Shown: one piece after another, positions 56,586 to 64,000 of the stretch
Position numbering within the stretch: position 1 is the stretch's first letter
Layout of the letters: each line of letters starts with the position of its first letter
NCBI GenBank assembly: GCA_000708835.1
Contig: DF236998.1
Coordinates: 169,880 to 233,879, forward strand
Source: Klebsormidium nitens
Lineage: Eukaryota; Plantae; Klebsormidiophyceae
Direction of reading: 5' to 3'
Length of the DNA stretch: 64,000 bases
Program-made: the position numbers and the translations under genes
The notes under the pieces: generated by a model
The model's database searches: none
Told to the model about the DNA's origin: nothing
Seen by the model: the letters and a program-made list of their open reading frames with translations, nothing else

Positions 56586-59500
56586 TTACGAGTTTGAGAC
56601 CATCGATTCTGTTTCCTTGACAAACCCCTCTCCGGTCCAATCCTTGTCATTGGCCAGGCCAACTCGGGCGGCCTTCTTTGCAGCAATGGCCTCCTTTTGG
56701 CGCCTCACCAGATCCGTATGGGTAGTGAAGTATTGCAGACTGTGCCTGTAGAAGGCAAAACGGCGAAAGACGTCCAATAAGCGACAGGCAACGAGGAATT
56801 GCGAAACTGAGGCGTTCGCCAGAGGGTTTCAAGAATGTTTGGTTGACGCCCAAGTGAGAAGCTGCTCCAAACCAGGTGGGTCAGCCCTCAGCAGTAGAAA
56901 ATCCCTTTGACGACAAACCATTCAAGGAACCTAGATCTGGATCGACCTTTTGACCCGTCAGCAAACCAGACCATCAGATTGCAACCGCAGACAGGATAAC
57001 AAGGAACGATTCGATGAACGGTACGCTTCCATTCAAGCTGCCATCTGTCCTTGCAGAACGAGACGCCCATTAAGACCAGCTTCGCAGCCAGCACGTGCTA
57101 TATACGCGGTACACTGGAGTCTCCGTCGCATAGCTTACCCACGGAACTGCTCGATGCTGGAGAAGTTGTGCTGCTTCATGAACTCCTGGAGCCCTCCGCA
57201 CAGCTCCTTCACCAGGGGGTACCCGTGCAGCATCACGCCCGTGCACACCTGCAATCGCGGTATCAGCTAAGTACGGGCTTTGACAACCTTGTCCCAAACA
57301 CTTGACTGACTTCTTTCCGTACCTTGAAGTTGAAAGGTGGCCGCAAATGCAGGCCTCTTCATCTGGACCGGACACGAATTCAGTAAGAGGATACTAAGTT
57401 TGTAATTGTAGTGCAGAAGCATTCTTTGAAAGACCTGGTTGTGACCGCTTGACACCTAAGTGATATCCTTGAAATATGTCCTTCAGTAACCGTTGTGAAA
57501 TCCGGGCCCATCCCAGCTCTTCTGACCCCGCCTACAATGGAGCCGCGGTCGAGGCTCTCAAGCTCAGTTGCTTCAAGAGCAAGAAGTCGATCACGCAACC
57601 TCTCATCATAAGCATGTCCCACGACTGCACTTCTCAGACCCTTCAAGATCTCATGAAATGTCGAGCTCACATGAAGCGCAGACACTATCAAATAAGACGT
57701 GGACTGCCTACCTGCACCGTCGCCCCCAGCAGAATGAACTCCGCCGCGCTCTCCCAAAATCAAGACATGTTTTCAGAAGTTGCCAATCAATAGGGGCATT
57801 TTTCCTTGCCTTGCTTTGTTTCATTACGAGTTTACATTCAACTTCAAATCACCCGAGTGAAACCGATTCGCCTACTTGCACCGTGCTCGCCCCCAGCACG
57901 ATGACCTCCGCCGCATTCTCCAAGATTAAAAAAAAAAAGGCTTTTGGAAAGCTCTCAATTAATAGAGCATTTTTCGTTGTTTGCTTTGTTTCGTTTCCAA
58001 TCGCATATCACATCTGAATCACCTGGTAAACTCAATCGAATACAAGTCACCCAAGTGAAACCAATTCGCCCACCTGCACCGTGCTCGCCCCCAGCAGGAT
58101 GAACTCGGCCGCGTTCTCCCCCGTCTCCACGCCCCCGATCCCGGACAGCGTCTTCCCTTGCCCCGGGAAGTCGCGCTCGATCATCTTGGAGATGTTCATG
58201 CACCGCGCGAGCGCGATCGGGCGCACCGCCTTGGACGAGTAGCCGCCGGGGGTGGAGTAGCCCTCGACGCACGGTTCCGGAGCGAGGGTCTTCAGGTTGA
58301 TGCCCATGACGCTCATGATGGTGTTGATCGCGGCCACGCCCTCGCAGCCCTGGGCGAGCGCGGCGCGCGACGGCTGCGGGAAAGCAGGCCAGTCGTTCAA
58401 GCAAAAGTTGCAATTTCACTTTGTTGTTTCTCCCCAACCCGTCTTCTGTCCATATAATATCATGTTACTGCAGCCCTGAGCAGTGACGTGCTTGCTTGGA
58501 TTTGAATTCCTTGATTGCGCAAAAGAAGGCATAAGCTGACGCCACTCTGCAACGTTTAAATACTCCTCCTTGGTAGTTATCATTCTTGCAGCAGCACGGC
58601 TTGCAGCAGGTGCGGAGAGCAAAAATCGTCCGATCCATGAGAACCAGTCGCTTTCAAACAAGTTCGCTTCTTCTTCTCTTCACTCCAAAAACCCTGGAAT
58701 CCTGACATTGATGTGAAGGCATGGATCAGAAGAATTGACATTTGAAGCAAGAAATCTTTTGGCACACCAATACAAGTCCCTTAAACTCACCACGGTGATG
58801 TCGGTGATGTTGGGCGTCATCTTGGCCCACACAGGGACCGTCGCTTTGGCGTTGATCCAGCCGCACACCTCCGTCAGCAGCTCTGGATCCTGTCCCATGG
58901 CCGCACCCATCTTGCGCTCGGGCATCCCGTGAGGGCAAGAGAAGTTGATCTCGAACGCGTCCACGCCGACCGATTCGCAGCGCTCGATGATCTCTTCCCA
59001 GGCGCCGCGGTTGTACTCCTCCATGATGGAGGCGATCAGGACCCTGAGAGGGAGGTTTGGAAGGAAAGGTTACGAATCATAGAGGCACACGAATGTAGGG
59101 TGTAGGGCGTAGGAAGGCTGAGCTTACCAATGTATCGGAGAAATGAGTCAACTTCTCATGGGTGCCAAAGAGCTGCGGAGGCAGTGACTTGAATCAAGTT
59201 GCAACATGCTAGTGTTGTCTAAGCAGTAGCCTGCCTTTGACACCATGTGGACAGGGCAAACGACAGTGTCTGCGCGGGAATGGAATTGAAATTAATTATT
59301 TTGTACCGATCCTTATGTCTCATCTACCATCAATGGCCAGTGCATCTCTTTGCCCCACGATTTCGTTGGTGAGTTTCACCACAATGGACCACCGCCAGCT
59401 GCAAAGCAAGCAATTGCTGCAGCTGAAAGCTTACACCCTGCACTGCATGTCAAATATGCACTTCTGAGAAAACTTCTTCTTGTCCAGATTGAAGAGTACG

Positions 59501-60430
59501 TCTCCGTTTTCCTCACCTGTCGGGATACTCCTCTTTCAGCTGCTTTAGCTCAGCCAGCATGGTCTCAAACGGCCGGTCGGAGATGAGCTCGATGTTTTGC
59601 CAGCCAATCACCTCCTTGCCACCCTGGGCCTTCAGCTTGGCGTACCGCGGGGTCACATTGATCACTTTGCTGCTGTCCAGGGACAGCGTCTTGCAGATGA
59701 CTCCCCCCCAGCCCTCGTCAAACGCCTGTCAAAAGGGGACTTGGTTAGGAACATTGAATGATGCAGCTCACAAGGTTCGATGCTGCAGGGACACTGCCTG
59801 AATGTCTTTCGATCGACGCAAGCTAGATATGCAGACTAAGGTCTTCCGGTTTGCTTTAAGCAATTGGACCACTCCCATGGGAGAGCGACTGTAACCGGAC
59901 GGATCAACACATTTCAAAACGCCTCACCATGCGAGCCATGTTGCCATTGGCAAAGCAACTAAATGATAATTCCGCGATCTTCACTTGCGAGGCAAGTAAT
60001 TGAAGCTAAAAGAGACGGAGATGCAAGCTCGTGGAAGCCTTACCTTTTTCATCACCTGGTAGTTCGTACCCGGAGGACCAGAGCCAATCACAAAGGGGTT
60101 TGGAAATGTGATCCCATTCACTTTTACAGAAAGATCAGGCCCGTCAACTGCCTTCCCATCTTTCAATGTTGCAATCTTTGGTTTGCCATTTCCAGCCCCA
60201 TTTGCAGCTCCATTGCCCTCAGCCGCTCTAACTCCAGGATTTCCACACCTTTTCTTTGCAATTTCACTGTGAAAGACAAATGTTCTGGCAGGCAGTTGTG
60301 GACGCAGACTTGACAAAGAGGGCAGGGGCTTCAGCGTCTGTCTCAATTGTGCAACGCTCTCCCCCCTGTTGCACCTTGCAACGCCCAACTGGAGCTCTGC
60401 TGCCCTGGCGGCGATCAGAGATGCTGCCAT
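56586..60430 (-). CDS. PYD1: Dihydropyrimidine dehydrogenase, chloroplastic (6 exons, 472 aa)
   Basis: Exons 60044-60430, 59517-59725, 58791-59043, 58074-58373, 57139-57248, 56586-56745, total 1419 nt. Motifs: FPNPFVIGSGPPGTN, GWQNIELISDR, EINFSCPHGMPER, WAKMTPN, AAINT, GGYSSKAVRPIAL, LSGIGGV, VQVCTGVM. Transit-peptide-like N-terminus. Confidence 0.96.
57700..58125 (-). repeat. Three copies of the 3' end and donor of PYD1 exon 4
   Basis: AAEFILLG(AS)TVQ|GT with donors at 58073 (functional), 57875 and 57711. Spacings are 198 and 164 bp, and adjacent intron sequence is also repeated. Confidence 0.9.
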
Positions 60431-60793
60431 TGCTGGCCACCTCGAGTTTTTGGACTCTGCTAGAGGATCCTAGGTACTTTGCGTCTCCGGGTTCTGAGAT
60501 GCCTTCTTTTCAGCTTTGAGGTTGATTCTGAATACAGCGTTATTTTCTTCCAAGCTCAAAAAACGCCTGCAGTCAGAATAGCCCAAATGTGCACCTTGAA
60601 GCGAGCTTCTGTCAGTGTAATAGCGGAAGGAGGGGAGCAGCACAAGCAGGAGCAGCAGATGCCCTCTTCTACAGCAATTGAAAGCCTGCCAAGATTCAGG
60701 AAGATGTGCGCGGCGGCCTTTCTTGGTTGTGCTGACTCATTTGGGAGGGGGTCTGATGTCAGCTCAATCAACATGCCTGCCCCGGCCTTCCGA

Positions 60794-60802
60794 TTAGGGT
60801 TT
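60794..60802 (-). promoter_or_regulatory. Telo-box (AAACCCTAA) upstream of PYD1; a second one at 61616-61624 upstream of RCC2
   Basis: TTAGGGTTT on the plus strand at 60794-60802 and 61616-61624, both in the divergent promoter region. Confidence 0.45.
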
Positions 60803-60837
60803 CAGAGCTTCTTCCTTCTTCCTTCGCCAAGCCCGGG

Positions 60838-61587
60838 CCAGTCTCACGCCCGTTTTGAGAAAACCTCTCAAAACACCAGCCGGTCGGTTTGGACAAAATG
60901 CTCAAAAGTGCCGGCCGGTTTTTGAGCAAATTGCTCGAAATAGCCGGTCGAGTTTTGATCAAATCGCTCGTATTCTAGCTGCGCCATCCGAAGAAAAGGT
61001 CATTGAAAAGGTTCGAATTTGTGGAAGCCCCGGGCACACACTAAAACCAAAAGGACTTGCTCGGTTGTCACTCGCAGTGGTGTAACCCTAAAGCGGGAAG
61101 GCCCGGTTGCCCCTGGAAAGTGCCCGGTTGTCCCAGGGTTGCCAGCGAGACCCTAATGTCACAGGCAGGGCCCGGTTGCTTCTCGGGTGCCACGGTCCCT
61201 AAACTACTAGTCTAAGAGGGAAGAGTCCGTTGTCCCCGGGAAGTTGCGGCCGCCCGTCGCCCCGACCAACCACCGTCCTTTATGTACCGCGATCCCGGCG
61301 GTCTTCGCGATCGATGTTGTGGGTCGCGATGGTCCACCTGCATCGACGGTGGAGATTTCCCAAAAACTACCCGCACGTCGCGACGGCAGACCCGGACGGA
61401 CCCGGTCGCAAATTTGAACAATTTGTTCGTATCGCACGACGCAGTTTTGAGCATTTTCTCCAAAAAGACGCGACCGGATTCGAACGATTTGTCCAAAATT
61501 GATCGCCGTAATTTGAGAGCTAGAGTTTTACTCAAACTTTCAAATTGGTGTTTCGAGAGGTTTTCTCAAAACGGGCCGTGAGTCTGG
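60838..61587. mobile_element. ~750-bp element bounded by ~42-bp imperfect inverted repeats with inverted subterminal repeats (MITE/foldback-like) in the PYD1-RCC2 divergent intergenic region
   Basis: Left arm 60838-60878 is CCAGTCTCACGCCCGTTTTGAGAAAACCTCTCAAAACACCA. The reverse complement of right arm 61546-61587 is CCAGACTCACGGCCCGTTTTGAGAAAACCTCTCGAAACACCA. No clear target-site duplication and no transposase. Confidence 0.55.
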
Positions 61588-61777
61588 GTTGCCTTCGCAC
61601 AATTGAAACAGGGAATTAGGGTTTGTGTGCTGAGCTGTGATTTTGAGTCTGAGGACGGTTTCATTGCTTTCTGTGCAGACCTTTTGGCGCCATCTGGACT
61701 CGGGCCTGAACAATTTAGCAAGGGCTGATTGCATCCAGCAGTTGTGCCCCCAACTTCACCGTAAGGCTGCTGCTCCA

Positions 61778-63706
61778 ATGAGCTCCAGCGCTGCAGCGGG
61801 GTCGTCTGGACCCAAAGCGGCGGAAGCGGGCGAACTCTTGTTTGCAGGTATGGCCTGCATTCAACCGCTGAATGAGTTCAGCCTTGCCACGCAATTGCAT
61901 TTCCTTCGTGCCAATTGGCTTGCCCACTTTGGCCTCTCTCAATCTGGCACAAAGTGAGTTGCTGATGCTAGTGGTACAAACCTTTGTGTTAGAGATGCAG
62001 GTGCAAGCGAGAGGTGCACAAACAGGTGTGCGCACTCAGTGTTGCATATGAATCAGAAGGGGCAACATGTAGGGATGAGGCAGTGGTGCAGTCAATCTAC
62101 AAGCAATTGCCACTGGCAGCCTTTGATATTCTTCGGAGTCTCCTACGTGCTACGTGTCTCTTGAAGCCCAGACACGGACCAGTCTTGCATAGCTGGGGCC
62201 CTTCCTTGATAAAGAATGAGGGAAGGCCAATTCAAAGCCGCCAAAGAGTATCAAACTGGTGAACTGGTTGACCTGAGTAACAGACAATACCCAGCAAATG
62301 TAATCTCTATACAGAGCACACTGTTGTTCGATCTTGCGCAGGTGTCACAGACTGGACTGGTGTCGGAAGGACTGAGAAAGCAAAGCTGACTCCGGTAAGT
62401 GACCTACGTCTAAGTCTGAAACTGGCAAACGACACCCTTCACTTACCTACCTGGGAACATGCTCGTTTGAATGTGGGCTTGAAATTGATTTCTTTGTATG
62501 CATGAAGGACCTGATTGAGCAAGGCGCCAATAGCAACACTTCTCGAACTTTTCAAATTCGACATGGGGCTCGTAGGCTTGTCCTTTTAAGAGTGAACATA
62601 TTTCACAATCTCAATTTGCATAGAGAGACAACTTAAGCAGTCGCCACACTTGACCTTTTCGGACTCTCGTTATTAACCGCATGGTGTCATGGAGGCTTGT
62701 GTTTATATTCTGAAGGTCACGTTGGTTTCTGGTTCAGGACGCGAAAGCCGAGAAGGATGCAACCTACCCCGACCTGAGCCTGCCTACGAGACTGGAGGCC
62801 GTCAAGGACATTGACTTCAAAATTGTGGCGTCTGGGTCAGGTAAGGATTCATCCATTAATACTTAAAGAGATTATTCTTGATTGAGTGGATAAAATTTCA
62901 GAGACATTCAGCAGTTTACGTGTACCCATTGTAAGCGGTCAAGAAAGAAGAAAGCACGGGCCTGACACCCTACTTAGACACATTAGAAGGACATGGGGCC
63001 CTCAGAGAGGACCTTGTGTCTTTGGAGTTAAGCTTCACGGAACTGATCCCATTTCATTTCAGGTCGTCTGAGAAAGTCGTTTTGCTTTGAGTCTGCCAGC
63101 GAGTTCTGCAATTGCTCGATGTTCAAGCGCAGTCGGGGAACTCCGCTTGTTTCAGTCATTGTGAGAGTAATGATGTGTCGCTTCTCAATTGCAGCATCGG
63201 CGCATGCTATTGCGATTGATGTGGACGGGCAACTGTACACATGGGGGAGAAACGAGGTGAGAGACGGGCCGGTTGACAAGCGCCTAGCGGCTGCACATAT
63301 CAATCTGGAGAGTTGACCACTTGATTGGCAAGTTTCGTAAGCAGTGCATTAGGTGCTTACGACCCGGACTCTACGACCTTCTTTGGGTGACCATGTGGTT
63401 CGAACTCCATGAGACTTGCTTCGAATTACATCGTACATAGTCCATCCATTGCCAACAAAACAAGCACTGGGTGCCAGGCGCACATACACGTTGTTTTTTG
63501 AAGCAGGAAAACGAGCTTTCAGAAAAAGACAAACCTCTCGTGCCAGGAGGCTCGACAATCGAGACAACCGTTGGCACGACTCACGAAATCCTGAGATCGC
63601 CTCTGTCTATCCACGAAGGCTTCCTTTATGTCTTGCAGAACGGGCAGCTTGGGCACGGCGACCTTCTCCAGCGCAATACGCCAACAGTTGTCGAGGCTCT
63701 GAAGAA
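61778..63706 (+). CDS. RCC2: RCC1-repeat protein, RCC2/TD-60-like; 5' part only, continues beyond the window
   Basis: Exons 61778-61847, 62342-62394, 62738-62840, 63195-63256, 63639-63706, with consistent phases. Sequence GELLFAGVTDWTGVGR...VASGSASAHAIAIDVDGQLYTWGRNENGQLGHGDLLQRNTPTVVEAL matches the RCC2 N-terminal blades. Confidence 0.9.
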
Positions 63707-64000
63707 GTGAGGACGACCGAAACACCGTTGAAACCTGCTGGTGATGCACTCGCACTCGATTCTTTGAAGAAAGGGCGCTACTCTGCATGGAGTTGGGGCA
63801 CATCGAGATGCACAAAAGGAGTCGAGGAGGGCTCAAATGCTTCTTCTTTGCTTCCTTCCTTTCCTCGCTTCTTCTTCCACTTTCGCTTTCCGTGTCCTCG
63901 TCAGGTCGTTGTGCTTTACGAAACCCAGTAAGCAAACAACGGACAGTAAACACAGTGTTGCTGCATATCTCCTGTCTCTTTCTTAACATTCGACTATTTC

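Overview
Intron-rich eukaryotic nuclear DNA from a streptophyte green alga. GC-rich exons, the intron style and the gene set fit Klebsormidium nitens best, but that is an inference. Manual splicing of both strands gives about 11 genes: an XBAT31-like ankyrin-RING E3 ligase (-), a plastid alpha/beta-hydrolase (+), CTP synthase (-), a NYN-domain/C2H2 zinc-finger protein (+), two intronless Sel1-like/armadillo paralogs (+, the first frameshifted), a KDPG/KHG aldolase (-, 1-nt frameshift, possibly fused to an upstream 344-aa ORF), an Elongin-C-like/cullin-box/LRR protein (+), a GFA/Mss4-like Zn protein (+), dihydropyrimidine dehydrogenase PYD1 (-) and the 5' part of an RCC2-like gene (+). There is one assembly gap and no rRNA, confident tRNA or CRISPR. 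Main signals: (1) five genes carry diverged tandem duplications, mostly 140-165 bp long, that straddle a splice site and leave decoy half-exons in introns, and a sixth gene has a similar copy across its stop codon; (2) an apparent single-chain Elongin C + BC/cullin-box + LRR ubiquitin-ligase receptor; (3) a CTP synthase with a transit-peptide-like extension; (4) a possible aldolase fusion; (5) a mirror-symmetric element in the PYD1/RCC2 bidirectional promoter. All exon coordinates were derived by eye and need transcript confirmation.
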